From Longimicrobiales bacterium (GTDB lineage: Bacteria > Gemmatimonadota > Gemmatimonadetes > Longimicrobiales > Gaopeijiaceae), in NCBI GenBank assembly GCA_963664435.2, contig CAXXKM010000001.1, positions 1 through 64,000 on the forward strand: a stretch of 64,000 nucleotides of DNA, written 5' to 3'. This document shows, piece after piece, positions 1 to 9,967 of this stretch (position 1 is the first letter of the stretch; every line of letters begins with the position of its first letter). Below the pieces are notes generated by a model. The model did not search any database. It saw only the letters and a list, made by a program, of their open reading frames with translations, and was not told the DNA's origin. Both the position numbers and the translations under genes were made by a program.

Positions 1-146
1 CGGAGGTCGTGTTCCGTTAGATTCTGCGGTTCGAGACCAACTCATTGTTCCGAAGAATCTGGGCTGGCGCGATAGTGGAGGCCCCGGAGCCGCCGCTGCC
101 GGACCGGCGAGCTTGGGGGCGGCGTCCAACGGATGGAGGCACGACG

Positions 147-1061
147 ATGTCTGGAGGCCGGCTTGACATGTATCTGGCCATGTTGCGCAGGCGGAGGCAC
201 CCCGCCGAGTCGGTGCGGCGCGACCTGACCGGCAAGCGGGTTGTGTTCACCGGGGGGACTGACGGCATGGGCCACTTGGCGGTCCGGCGGCTCGCACGGA
301 TGAATGCGACCCTCCATATCGTTGGCCGCAACCCTGAGAAGACCGCGCGGACGGTGGACGATCTCAACCGGTTGGCCAGCACGGCGCGGGCGGTCGGCGT
401 CGAGTGCGACCTGGGCTCGCTGGCGAGCGTTCGCGCCTGCGCCGTCACGCTGTTGGAGCAGTGTCCGCACATCGACCTGCTCGTCAACTGCGCCGGCGTC
501 ATCGTGTGGGACCGGACCCTGTCCCCGGACGGCTACGAGATGACTTGGGCGGTCAACTACCTCGGACCGCACCTGTTGACTCAACTGCTGCTCGATCGGA
601 TCAGGGAGTCGGCTCCGGCGCGCATCGTCCACCTTTCCTCCGCCGCGGCGGGTACGGGGCACATCCACTTCGACGATCTTCAGCTTACGCGCAACTGGGG
701 CGCGCTCAAGGCGTATTCGCAATCCAAGCTGGCCACGAACATGGCGACCCGGGCGCTCGCCCGCCGCCTCGAGGGTTCCGGTGTCACGGTCAACGTTCTG
801 CATCCCGGATTCACCAAGACGGCCCTGGTGCGAGACCTTAAGGGCGTGAGGCGGGTGTTGGGGCTGCTGATGAAGGCGTTTGCGTCCCCGCCGGAAGTCG
901 CGGCGGAGCGGATCCTCGCGGTCGCGCTATCGCCGCGGTACGACGGCGTGAGCGGGCAGTACGTTTACGAGGACGCGATCCGGCGGCACGACGGGGAGGC
1001 GCTCGACAATGCGGCCGTCGAGCGCCTGTGGTCGCTGAGCCAGGAGTCCGTCGGTGCCTGA
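147..1061 (+). CDS. Short-chain dehydrogenase/reductase (retinol dehydrogenase-like SDR)
   Basis: TGGTDGMG cofactor motif, NCAG, VNYLGPHLLT, YSQSK catalytic YxxxK, HPG; ATG 147 follows GGAGG (ATG 168 is an alternative). Confidence 0.9.
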   Translation: MSGGRLDMYLAMLRRRRHPAESVRRDLTGKRVVFTGGTDGMGHLAVRRLARMNATLHIVGRNPEKTARTVDDLNRLASTARAVGVECDLGSLASVRACAVTLLEQCPHIDLLVNCAGVIVWDRTLSPDGYEMTWAVNYLGPHLLTQLLLDRIRESAPARIVHLSSAAAGTGHIHFDDLQLTRNWGALKAYSQSKLATNMATRALARRLEGSGVTVNVLHPGFTKTALVRDLKGVRRVLGLLMKAFASPPEVAAERILAVALSPRYDGVSGQYVYEDAIRRHDGEALDNAAVERLWSLSQESVGA

Positions 1062-1121
1062 AGGACGGCGATGCCCTCCGCGAGCCCTGAGACGCTCGAC
1101 GGTCGCGGGGCTTGCCCAAGC

Positions 1122-2354
1122 ATGACGAACAACACCCCTCGCATCTCCCTTCGGATGCTGTGGCGCCCGCCACGACCTTCGAGCGAGGTTGTCGAGGACC
1201 GGCGGGTCACCTTCCTGGAGCTCTTCTACGATCTGGTCTACGTGGTGGTCATCGCGGAGGTGGGTCACTACCTGGCCGGCCACGTCGACGCTGCGGGGAT
1301 CTCCAAGGCCGCGTTCCTGTTCACGCTCGTGTGGCTCGCGTGGCTGAACGGCTCGATGTATCACGAGTGGCACGGGCGCAACGACCTTCGCACGCGGGTC
1401 TTCACCTTTGCCCAGATGTTTGCGGTTGGGGCCATGGCGGTCTTCGTGCACTCCGCGTTCGGCGAAGGGGCCGTGGGTTTCGCTCTTTCCTTCGCGTCCC
1501 ACCTCCTCATTGTGGCCTACCTGTGGTGGCGAACCGGCATTCACGACGCGGCACACCGATCGCTGTCGAACCACTACGCGGGGGCGGTCCTTCTGGCTGC
1601 GGCGGCCTTCGCCGCATCGGCGCTCGTGCCCGTTGGGCTGGCCGTGTTCCTGTGGGGCGGCGGCGGGGTCGTTCTGCTCGTCATGCCGTTCGCGGTCTTC
1701 CTTGGGAGGACATCCGATCCCGGCGTGGCCGCCGAGCTTGAAAGGAGCCTTCGCACGACCGCGTCAACGGTGGAGCGCTTCGGCCTCTTCACCATCATAG
1801 TGCTGGGCGAGGTCATCGTCGGCGTGGTCCGGGGCGTCGCCGGGAGTCACGAACTCGGCGCCACGGTGGGGGCCACCGCTGCCCTCGGCATGTTCCTCGC
1901 CTTCGGCCTGTGGTGGCTCTACTTCGACTTCGTTTCGCATCGTCCTCCCACGCCGAGCTTCGGGAAGCGCTACGGGTGGATCTATCTCCACCTCTCGACG
2001 GGATTCGGGATCGTCGCGGTCGGGGCCGCTACGCTCAACATCGTCGAGCACGCGTCTGGAGGAAGGGTGCCCGCCGAAGCGCGGTGGCTGCTGGCCGGGG
2101 CCATGGCGCTGGCGCTGCTCAGCATCGCCGCGCTGATGCGGCTGATCCACATCCCGAAGACAGCCCGGCGACTCTACCGCGGCGCCGGACGCGTCACCGT
2201 CGCGTCGGCCGCGGTGGTGGGCGCGCTCGGCTCTTCAGGGATCGGGACGATCCCCCTGATGGCCACAATCGGCGCGGTGATTCTCCTGCCTGTCTTCTAC
2301 GGATTGCTCGTCTGGATCACCGTGCTCGGTGGGCGCGAGATCCCTCTGGAATGA
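1122..2354 (+). CDS. Low temperature requirement protein A (LtrA) family membrane protein
   Basis: Family motifs VTFLELFYDLVYV, ERFGLFTIIVLGE and LWWLYFD; many hydrophobic segments; start 1071 or 1122. Confidence 0.85.
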   Translation: MTNNTPRISLRMLWRPPRPSSEVVEDRRVTFLELFYDLVYVVVIAEVGHYLAGHVDAAGISKAAFLFTLVWLAWLNGSMYHEWHGRNDLRTRVFTFAQMFAVGAMAVFVHSAFGEGAVGFALSFASHLLIVAYLWWRTGIHDAAHRSLSNHYAGAVLLAAAAFAASALVPVGLAVFLWGGGGVVLLVMPFAVFLGRTSDPGVAAELERSLRTTASTVERFGLFTIIVLGEVIVGVVRGVAGSHELGATVGATAALGMFLAFGLWWLYFDFVSHRPPTPSFGKRYGWIYLHLSTGFGIVAVGAATLNIVEHASGGRVPAEARWLLAGAMALALLSIAALMRLIHIPKTARRLYRGAGRVTVASAAVVGALGSSGIGTIPLMATIGAVILLPVFYGLLVWITVLGGREIPLE

Positions 2355-2742
2355 CGCCGATGGCCCCGCACCTGACCACACGTGGAAACACGGCAACCAG
2401 CCGGGGCGAGCCGAGAAACAGCCGATGCGCGTGGACAGCAGCCGACCACCGCCTCGGTGCGCTGCGCCGCGAGTCGAAACTGCGGTTCGGTGCACGGTGT
2501 CTCCAACGAATCGAACATGGCGATCGGGGGTGTAGTGGATCCTCTCCCGACCGCGCCCGGTTGGCGATCACCTCCGTTGGGACGCCACCCCAGGTCGGTC
2601 GCCATTAGATTGAGCGGATCACCCCGGCGGGAGCCGGACAGGGGCGATGGGTCGCGGTGGGAAGCAGGCTCCCACGACGATCCACGTCTCGAAGCTCCCG
2701 CGTGAAGCGTCTTCAGCCAATACCGAGAGAAGGAGCAGCGAC

Positions 2743-3561
2743 TTGGGCAAGGTAATACTCATCACAGGGGCTTCCTCCGGCATGGGCCGGGAGGCCGCGA
2801 TCCTCCTGGCCCACGGGGGCCACACCGTCTACGCCGGCGCACGCCGGGCGGATCGCATGGAGGACCTTTCCGAACACGGCATCACCCCGGTCGAGATGGA
2901 TGTCTCGAAGGGCGGGGACAACGAACGGGCTGTGCGCCGGATCATCGACGCCGAGGGACGCATCGACGTTCTGATCAACAACGCGGGTTTCGGCCTCTAT
3001 GGAACGGTCGAGGACATCCCGCTCGAAGACGCGAGATACCAGTTCGAGGTCAATCTGTTCGGCCTTGCACACCTCACCCAACTCGTCCTGCCTCACATGA
3101 GGGCGCAGGGCGCCGGCCGGATCGTCAACACGTCCTCGATGGGCGGCCGGATCTTCACGCCCTTCGGCGCCTGGTATCACGCGACCAAGCACGCGCTCGA
3201 AGGCTGGTCGGACTGCCTCCGCATCGAGACCGCCCCATTCAACATCCAGGTCGTCCTCATCCAGCCCGGTCTCATCCAGACCGAGTTCGGCCATGTGGTG
3301 GGGGGGAGTCTTCAGAAGTACTACGCCGACAGCGCCTACAAGGCCGGTCTGGACCGGTTCTTCGCGATGATGTCCGATCCCCAGGCCGCGAGCCGCGGCA
3401 CCGACGCCGAGGTGCTCGCCCGGGTGTTCGTCGAGGCGGCTACTGCCGCCCGGCCGCGGCGGCGGTACGTGAAGGGCGCGACGGCGCGTCCGCTGATGCT
3501 CATTCGCAAGTGGTTCGGCGACGGGATCTACGAATCCGTGTTGCGCCGCACCTTCGGCTGA
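2743..3561 (+). CDS. SDR family oxidoreductase
   Basis: TGASSGMG, NNAGFG, YHATK; TTG start at 2743 preceded by AGGAG at 2731-2735. Confidence 0.9.
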   Translation: MGKVILITGASSGMGREAAILLAHGGHTVYAGARRADRMEDLSEHGITPVEMDVSKGGDNERAVRRIIDAEGRIDVLINNAGFGLYGTVEDIPLEDARYQFEVNLFGLAHLTQLVLPHMRAQGAGRIVNTSSMGGRIFTPFGAWYHATKHALEGWSDCLRIETAPFNIQVVLIQPGLIQTEFGHVVGGSLQKYYADSAYKAGLDRFFAMMSDPQAASRGTDAEVLARVFVEAATAARPRRRYVKGATARPLMLIRKWFGDGIYESVLRRTFG

Positions 3562-3698
3562 CCGGTTGGTCCATGGCGTCATCGGATGCTGCGGACCTAC
3601 GGTTCCTCGAATCCCGCCTCCTCAATGGCTACGGCATCCACTTTCATTTGGGTAAAGGGTGGCCGAGGACCGTAGCGGGGCTCCGCCAGCGCCTCCCC

Positions 3699-6600
3699 TC
3701 AGGTCCCGGGACGGTAGGTCACGGATAGCTTGATGCGCCTGCCCTTGGGGCTGTGGGTGAAGGCGTCGTAGGACTGTTCCCAGTTGACCAGCGGTGGATC
3801 GGCGTCGAGAAGGTTGATCACCGAGAGCGCGACATCGGTTGTGCTCGATGTGCGCCGCAGCAGGCTGAGGTCCCAGCCCACGAACCGGTCGATGTGCTCG
3901 AACTCGGTGTCGGGGAACACCTCGTTGGCGTACCCCGAGACGGTGTTGAAGTAGTTCACGACGCTGTAGTCGTCCCAATGGTATCCGGCCGAGAAGCGGA
4001 GCTTCCACTGCGGCAGCGGGGGCGCGATCGGATTACCCCAGTTGAGCTGGCCCGCCGCGTCCTGCGCGGCAAAGACCTCGGCCCCGTTGAGTTCGAGTGC
4101 CTTGACGAAGAACTCCCGCGTGTAGGTGCCGTCGGCACCCAGCGACAGGATGCCCTGGCCGAGTGGCAGGCGCGTGCTCGCGTGCAGGTCGATTCCCGAC
4201 ATCCGGATGCCCGGCCAGTTCACGTTCGTCACCCTGATCCGCTCGACGGCCGACACATGGCAGGTTCCCGTCCCCGGTCCGTCGGGACAGGTCACGAACT
4301 CCTGCACGGCGGCCCGGGAGGCGCCGCCTGCCGCGTACAGTCTGGTCACGCCCCCGAAGGGCACCTGGTCGATCACGTCGCGGAAGTCGTAGCTCCAGTA
4401 ATCGGCCGTTGCACGCAACCTTGGAAGCTGCAAGGTCAGTCCCACGTTGTAGGTGAACGCGCGCTCGGGCACGAGCTGGCTGTTGCCGAACGCGTCCACC
4501 GCCTTGTAGATGCCCGCCTCGGACACGTATTCGAGCCCGGTGCTTCGGTCTTCGTTGAGGTCGTCCACCGAGGGCGTGCGGAAGGTCGTCTGCAGGGAGC
4601 CGCGTAGCGCCAGCGGTTCGGCCAACGCCACGCGCACCGCGAGCTTGGGATCGAAGCTGCTCACCGAGCCATGGAACTCGTAGTTGGCGGCGGCCTGGCC
4701 CTCGACCCTGCCGCCGAGTGAGAAGCGGCTCTCGGCGAAGAGCCTGTTCACCATCTGGGCGTCGTGGTATTCGTAGTGCCCGGTTGTGAAGGTGAACGCT
4801 CCGGCCTTTTCGAGGCAGCTGCGGTCTCCCGGGACGGGGCATGGGTTGATCGACAAGTCTCCCGGCTGGTTGGGGGTGGCGGAGACGCCGACCCTGCGGA
4901 ACTGATACCCGATGGCGTAGTCGAGTCCCTCGGAGACGGCCCCCTTGAGCATCGCGTCCGCGACGAACAGATCCGCCGAGCTGTCCAGATTCACTTCCTC
5001 GTTGATCCAGTCGATCAGTTCCGCGCTGTTCTCCAGTCCGGGCATGTAGTCCGGGTTCGGCTGATCCCGGTAGGGCGCGCCCGGCTGCGCCGAGAGCCGG
5101 TGCGCGTTGCTGAACGGGTTGTAGTACCGGCAGTCGCCCTGGCCCGCCACGGCGCCGTTGAGGGGACCGAGCGCCATCCCGGACGGACTCGACGGGTCGA
5201 CCACCACCGCGACTCCGCAGTTCGGACCTCCGAAGCCGCGGAAGGCCAGAAACTTCCGGTAGGCGTATTCGGCCGGAAGGTTCGCGTTGCCGGAAGCCCG
5301 GGAATAGCTGGCGGAGAACTCGACGGCCGCCCCGCCCAGCGACTCGATGCCACGCTCCAGCGAGGCGGCGATCCTCTGGGTGCGGGACGCGCGCTCCAGC
5401 GTCCGCCCGGGTCCCGAGTTGCCGACGAGCCGCCCGTAGAAGTACCAGTTGTCCTCCAGACAGGCCGCCTCGCTCGTGAAACCGGCGCCTTGTCCGTGGG
5501 TCCCGCAGAACGCCTGTCTCCCCGGATTCCCGGGCTCGATCACTTGGGCTCCGTTGTACGGAGAGATGGGCGGATAGGACGGGGTCGTGAACCACTCGGG
5601 CGTTGTAGCCTCGGCCCACAGCGCCTCGACATGGTAGCTCGAACGGTCGCCCAGGTCGCCGTTGACTTCGGCGAACGTCCGGACATGGCGGGACGCTTGG
5701 AGCAGGTTGTCCCACTGCTGGTAGCGGAAGCGGCAGGTCTCGCCCTCGCGGTGCCCGCCGAAGTCCGTGCAGCGCGGGTCCACGAAGACGCCGCCCCAAC
5801 CTCCGAACTGCGCGTCCGAAAGCGCCGCGGTGAACTCTTCGATCGTCTCGTTGCCGGTCAACCTCGGGAACAGGAACGCGCCGGGATTCCCGGTATAGGA
5901 CCATGCCCCTCCGCCGGACGTGAACGGTCGCAGCGCCCAATCGCGATCCTCGGGGTGCAGTTCCTGGCCGACCAGCGCCTCGGCCGAAACGACGGCGTGC
6001 GCACCTTCCCCGAGCCGCTTGCCCCAAATCGCGCCCGCGTGCGTCTCCCCGGCCCCGGCGAAGTACTCGTGCGAGCCCGACACCTCCAGCCCCTCGAAAT
6101 CGCTGCGGGTCAGAAAGTTGGCCACGCCCGCCACGGCGTCCGAGCCGTAGACCGCCGACGCGCCCTCCTTCACCACCTCGATCCGGTCCAGCGCGATCGA
6201 CGGAAAGGCGTTCACGTCCACGAACCTGCCTCCGGACAGCCGCGCCGGCAGGTACACCTGGCGCCGCCCGTTGAGCAGCACGAGCGTGCGGGACGGCCCG
6301 ATACCCCTGAGGTTGACGCTGGCGGCCGTTTCCGGCACCGCTGCGGGGGGCCGGGTATTGTACCAACCCTGGCGATCTCCGAGGACCCCGGCGCTCGATC
6401 CGAGGTTCCGGAAGAAGTCCACAGCCTGCGGAGACCCCTGCTCCGCCAGCGTCCTCCTGCTCGAAACGGCCACCGCGTAGGGCAACTGCACGAGTGACTC
6501 CGAGAAGGCGGTGCCCGTCACCACCAGTTCCGCGAGGCCCAGGACGGCCGGTTCCAGCCTGAACTCGACGGCCGCGGCCCCGCCCGCGGTCACGGTTACG

Positions 6601-6956
6601 TTCATCGTAGCGGTTGCATAGCCCAGCCTCTCGGCACGGAGCTCGTGCGTGCCGACGGGCACGTCCGGCAGTCGGAACAGCCCGCTTGCGCCAGCGAGCA
6701 CACCGATCCCGAGCGCGGGCACGCTGATCTGCGCACTGGCCACCCGCTCGCCGGTCGCCGCGTCCTCCACGGTGCCCGTAATGGTGCCCGTCTCCTGCGC
6801 GGACGCCGGGGCAACAGTGGCGAGTCCCGCGGCCATCATGGCCAACGCGAACGTCACCGCCTTGAGGCCCCAACCTGAACGACCGGCTTCGGGAGCGACG
6901 TGGATCGCCGGATCCACTCTCCGTGCTGTTTCGTTGGTTTCCATCTCCGTCTCCAT
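3699..6956 (-). CDS. TonB-dependent receptor with N-terminal carboxypeptidase-regulatory-like domain
   Basis: Signal peptide ending ASA-Q, GTITGTV domain, ELVVTG TonB box, plug motifs NLRGIG..RTLVLLNGRR and RIEVVKEGASAVYGSDAVAGVANF, barrel NLLD motif; start uncertain. Confidence 0.9.
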   Translation of the reverse strand: METEMETNETARRVDPAIHVAPEAGRSGWGLKAVTFALAMMAAGLATVAPASAQETGTITGTVEDAATGERVASAQISVPALGIGVLAGASGLFRLPDVPVGTHELRAERLGYATATMNVTVTAGGAAAVEFRLEPAVLGLAELVVTGTAFSESLVQLPYAVAVSSRRTLAEQGSPQAVDFFRNLGSSAGVLGDRQGWYNTRPPAAVPETAASVNLRGIGPSRTLVLLNGRRQVYLPARLSGGRFVDVNAFPSIALDRIEVVKEGASAVYGSDAVAGVANFLTRSDFEGLEVSGSHEYFAGAGETHAGAIWGKRLGEGAHAVVSAEALVGQELHPEDRDWALRPFTSGGGAWSYTGNPGAFLFPRLTGNETIEEFTAALSDAQFGGWGGVFVDPRCTDFGGHREGETCRFRYQQWDNLLQASRHVRTFAEVNGDLGDRSSYHVEALWAEATTPEWFTTPSYPPISPYNGAQVIEPGNPGRQAFCGTHGQGAGFTSEAACLEDNWYFYGRLVGNSGPGRTLERASRTQRIAASLERGIESLGGAAVEFSASYSRASGNANLPAEYAYRKFLAFRGFGGPNCGVAVVVDPSSPSGMALGPLNGAVAGQGDCRYYNPFSNAHRLSAQPGAPYRDQPNPDYMPGLENSAELIDWINEEVNLDSSADLFVADAMLKGAVSEGLDYAIGYQFRRVGVSATPNQPGDLSINPCPVPGDRSCLEKAGAFTFTTGHYEYHDAQMVNRLFAESRFSLGGRVEGQAAANYEFHGSVSSFDPKLAVRVALAEPLALRGSLQTTFRTPSVDDLNEDRSTGLEYVSEAGIYKAVDAFGNSQLVPERAFTYNVGLTLQLPRLRATADYWSYDFRDVIDQVPFGGVTRLYAAGGASRAAVQEFVTCPDGPGTGTCHVSAVERIRVTNVNWPGIRMSGIDLHASTRLPLGQGILSLGADGTYTREFFVKALELNGAEVFAAQDAAGQLNWGNPIAPPLPQWKLRFSAGYHWDDYSVVNYFNTVSGYANEVFPDTEFEHIDRFVGWDLSLLRRTSSTTDVALSVINLLDADPPLVNWEQSYDAFTHSPKGRRIKLSVTYRPGT

Positions 6957-7105
6957 TGGTCTGGGATCGTACGAGAACCTCCTAAATCTAACGCTGCGCG
7001 GATGGCCGCACACTAAGGCGTCGTGTCGCGCCCAGCCCCCTTTCATGGCCTTGTCAGGGGGATCGAGAACAGGATGCCGATGCTCGCCCCGACGCTACAG
7101 AACGG

Positions 7106-7203
7106 CCTGAGGGGATTTTCCCCGCACGGCGGACCCGGAAATCTCCCGTCAAAAGTCACGGGTTTTTCCTCTCGGAGCGCCGATTCTCGTTGCCCATTAT
7201 TGG
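7106..7203 (+). promoter_or_regulatory. Triple-box putative response-regulator-dependent promoter of the transglycosylase gene
   Basis: Boxes gGGGATTTTCCCC (7111), cGGAAATCTCCCG (7136), cGGGTTTTTCCTC (7159), then TATTGG at 7198; same geometry at 10661-10758. Confidence 0.65.
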
Positions 7204-7273
7204 ACACATCCTCGCGCTGTCTCCCTGGAACCGCTGGGGCGGCACCGACCACATAATCCGAGAGGAGACTCTC

Positions 7274-8506
7274 ATGAACAGGTGGCTGACGCGTTTCGTC
7301 CTCGCCATCACCGCCGTGGTTCTGGCCATGATGCCCGTCAAGGTGAACAGCCGGGGCGCTGACTCCGCCTTGGCCCGGACCTTCCGCCCGAGCGAGGATG
7401 GCTTGGCGCGAACCGAGCGGACCTGCGGGTCTTGGGACGGTCGTCCTTGCAACGCCCCCGTCGAGAGCGGGTCGCCAGCGGCTCGTGACGGGGTGATCGA
7501 GGAGGAGGTCGCCCGGTGGCTGGATCATTGGAGGACCGGGCGGCGGGGTGCGGTGCAGCGCGGCCTGAAGCGAATGGGCAGGTACGAGGACTACATCGAC
7601 GCCGAGTTGGCGGCGCGGAACCTGCCACCCTCGCTCCGCTACCTCCCCCTCATCGAGGCCGACTACTACCACTTGGCCGTTTCGCCGGCGGGGGCGGCCG
7701 GGCTCTGGCAACTGATGCCCGAGACCGCCCGGTGGCTTGGGCTCGAGGTCAACTCGCTCGTGGACGAGCGCTTTGACGTGGACGTGGCCACCAAGGCCGC
7801 GCTGGACTACCTGGTTGCTCTCCATGACCGGTTCCAGTGCTGGTTTCTCGCTCTGGCGGCCTACAATGCAGGGCCGACGCGGATCGAGCGGGTGGTCCGG
7901 CGGCACGGTGGAGCCCGGCCCCGCAACGACGCCCTGTTCGGGCATATCCGCGACCGGCTGCCCAAGGAGACCCGGGACTTCGTTCCCAGGTTCCTCGCGA
8001 GCGTTCGCCTTGCCGACGACCTTGCGGCCATCAGGCAAGCGGCACCGGAGAAGGATCCGCCGGAGCACTTCGATGTCGTCCGTGTCGAGGGAGCGGCGTC
8101 GGCGGATGTCCTCGCCGAGGCCGCAGGCATCGCCGAAGAAGAGATCAGGACTCTGAACCCGCACCTCCGCATCGGCCTGGTCCCGGCGGGCAGGTCGACA
8201 CGGTTGCGCGTCCCCGCCGGTGCGGGCGAACGGTTCCTCGCCCGCCTCGCCGAAATCCCGATCGGGGACCGCTCCACACTTCGTGAACACACCGTTGCCC
8301 CGGGGGAGGCCCTGGTGCGCATTGCACGACGGTACGGTGTTCCGCTGGACGCCTTGCGCACAGTCAATCCGGACGTCGAGCCTCGGCGCATGCGGATCGG
8401 GACCGTTCTGTTGATCCCCCAAAGCACAGGGACGATGCCTGCCGGTTCCCGAATTGCGACCAACCCGTCACCAATCCGGTCGACGAAAGGACGGGATCTC
8501 CGATGA
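7274..8506 (+). CDS. MltD-like lytic transglycosylase with LysM domain(s)
   Basis: SLT motifs LPLIE, SPAGAAGLWQLMPETA, DERFD, LALAAYNAG, LPKETRDFVPR; LysM HTVAPGEALVRIARRYGV; GAGGAG SD before ATG 7274. Confidence 0.9.
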   Translation: MNRWLTRFVLAITAVVLAMMPVKVNSRGADSALARTFRPSEDGLARTERTCGSWDGRPCNAPVESGSPAARDGVIEEEVARWLDHWRTGRRGAVQRGLKRMGRYEDYIDAELAARNLPPSLRYLPLIEADYYHLAVSPAGAAGLWQLMPETARWLGLEVNSLVDERFDVDVATKAALDYLVALHDRFQCWFLALAAYNAGPTRIERVVRRHGGARPRNDALFGHIRDRLPKETRDFVPRFLASVRLADDLAAIRQAAPEKDPPEHFDVVRVEGAASADVLAEAAGIAEEEIRTLNPHLRIGLVPAGRSTRLRVPAGAGERFLARLAEIPIGDRSTLREHTVAPGEALVRIARRYGVPLDALRTVNPDVEPRRMRIGTVLLIPQSTGTMPAGSRIATNPSPIRSTKGRDLR

Positions 8507-8835
8507 ACAGAACGGATCTTGGGCTCGACTCCGGTGCCAGGAGCGGGCCAATGAGCCGCATGTGGAGGAGCTTCGCTTCACGGCCGCCCCTTCGCATCGG
8601 TTGGCGGACCGAAGACGCGGCCGCTCCGCACCGGATCCGCTTCCGGGCTCCGCGGCGGCGCGGCGCGATTACGCCCGACCGGCTCAGGCAAGACGGCCTG
8701 ATCTGACGATGCCAATGCGGACCACGGCCTTCTCCGAACCGTGGATTTCCGCGCTTGGAACCGGGAAGACTTCGATGCCCACGGACCCGACGACGATTCG
8801 CTCTTCCATTGACATTCCTTGGAGACGCACATCTC

Positions 8836-9954
8836 ATGGGTGAACACCGGGCAGTGCCGGGACGTGGTGGCGTGAGCGGGCTGCCGGTCCACCCGAACGA
8901 GAGGACGGAGCCGGGAGTGCTCAAGCAGAGGGACTACACCGCCGTGTTCGACGCTTCGCCGGACGCGATGCTCGTCGTGGATGCGGACGGCGTGATCCAG
9001 GACCTCAACCGGCAGGCCGTCGCGATGTTCGGATGGAGCCGCGACGAGCTTGAGGGCAGCGAAGTCGAGCGATTGATCCCCGACGCCAGCCGCGTTCGGC
9101 ACCGCCGGCACCGCCGACGCTACGGCGAGTCGCCGCAGCCCCGCCCGATGGGCGAGGGACTCGAACTCGAAGCCCTGCGCAAGGACGGCACGACGATCCC
9201 GGTCGAGATCAGCCTGAGCCCCTCGAAGCTGGGACGGGGCCGGGAACACGTGATCTGCGCGGTCCGCGACATTTCCGCCTGGAAGCGGATGCGGCGCCTG
9301 TCGGGCATGATGATCGCGGCGGCCGAGCAGGAGCGGAAGCATCTTTCGCGCGAACTGCACGACGAATTCCTCCAGAACCTCGTGGCGCTGAAGATCCGGG
9401 TGAAGCTGCTGGCCGATGAGAAGGACGACGGCGAGAGGGAGCGTGCGCGGGCGCGGGTCGCCGAGGACATTCGAGGCACGATCCTCGGGATCAAGCGGAT
9501 GATCCGGGGACTCCTGCCACCGGAACTGGACCACGGAGGGCTTCCCTCCGCCCTCGGCTCCGTCTTCCGCGACATCAAGGTTGTATACGGATTCACGGTC
9601 AAAGCCAGCCTGGGCCTGGTGGACGGCGAGTTGGACGAGGTCGCCACGCTCGCGCTGTACCGGATCGTGCAGGAGGCGGTGGGCAACGCGGTGAGGCACG
9701 CGGGGGTGAACGAGGCGACCGTGACGGTCGAGGCGGCGAATGGGGCGGTCACGGCCACCATCCGGGACGAAGGATGCGGGTTCGAGTTGCCCGACGCGGA
9801 AGGACTGCCGCGCGACGGCTGCGTGGGCCTCGACGGGATGCGGGAGAGGGCCGCGCTCGTCGGGGGCTCGGTCGTCGTGCGGACCTCGCCGGGCGCGGGA
9901 ACGACGGTTCGCGCATCCGTTCCCGTCCGGAGTGGGGGTCGACGGAACGGATGA
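8836..9954 (+). CDS. Cytoplasmic PAS-domain sensor histidine kinase (HisKA_3, NreB/UhpB-type)
   Basis: PAS FDASPDAMLVVD..RKDGTTIPVEISL; H-box RELHD; LYRIVQEAVGNAVRHA, DEGCGF, GLDGMRERA; no TM segment. Confidence 0.9.
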   Translation: MGEHRAVPGRGGVSGLPVHPNERTEPGVLKQRDYTAVFDASPDAMLVVDADGVIQDLNRQAVAMFGWSRDELEGSEVERLIPDASRVRHRRHRRRYGESPQPRPMGEGLELEALRKDGTTIPVEISLSPSKLGRGREHVICAVRDISAWKRMRRLSGMMIAAAEQERKHLSRELHDEFLQNLVALKIRVKLLADEKDDGERERARARVAEDIRGTILGIKRMIRGLLPPELDHGGLPSALGSVFRDIKVVYGFTVKASLGLVDGELDEVATLALYRIVQEAVGNAVRHAGVNEATVTVEAANGAVTATIRDEGCGFELPDAEGLPRDGCVGLDGMRERAALVGGSVVVRTSPGAGTTVRASVPVRSGGRRNG

Positions 9955-9967
9955 GGGATTGCCGAAG

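Noticed and set aside
2351..2742. ORFs in the ltrA-SDR gap, including one starting at the ATGA overlap
   Set aside because: No motifs and no link to the next start; a TAGATT -10-like element at 2606 suggests promoter DNA
4033..6873. 946-aa alternative-frame ORF inside the TonB receptor, and other Arg/Gly/Pro-rich overlapping ORFs
   Set aside because: Composition typical of off-frame reading of GC-rich coding DNA
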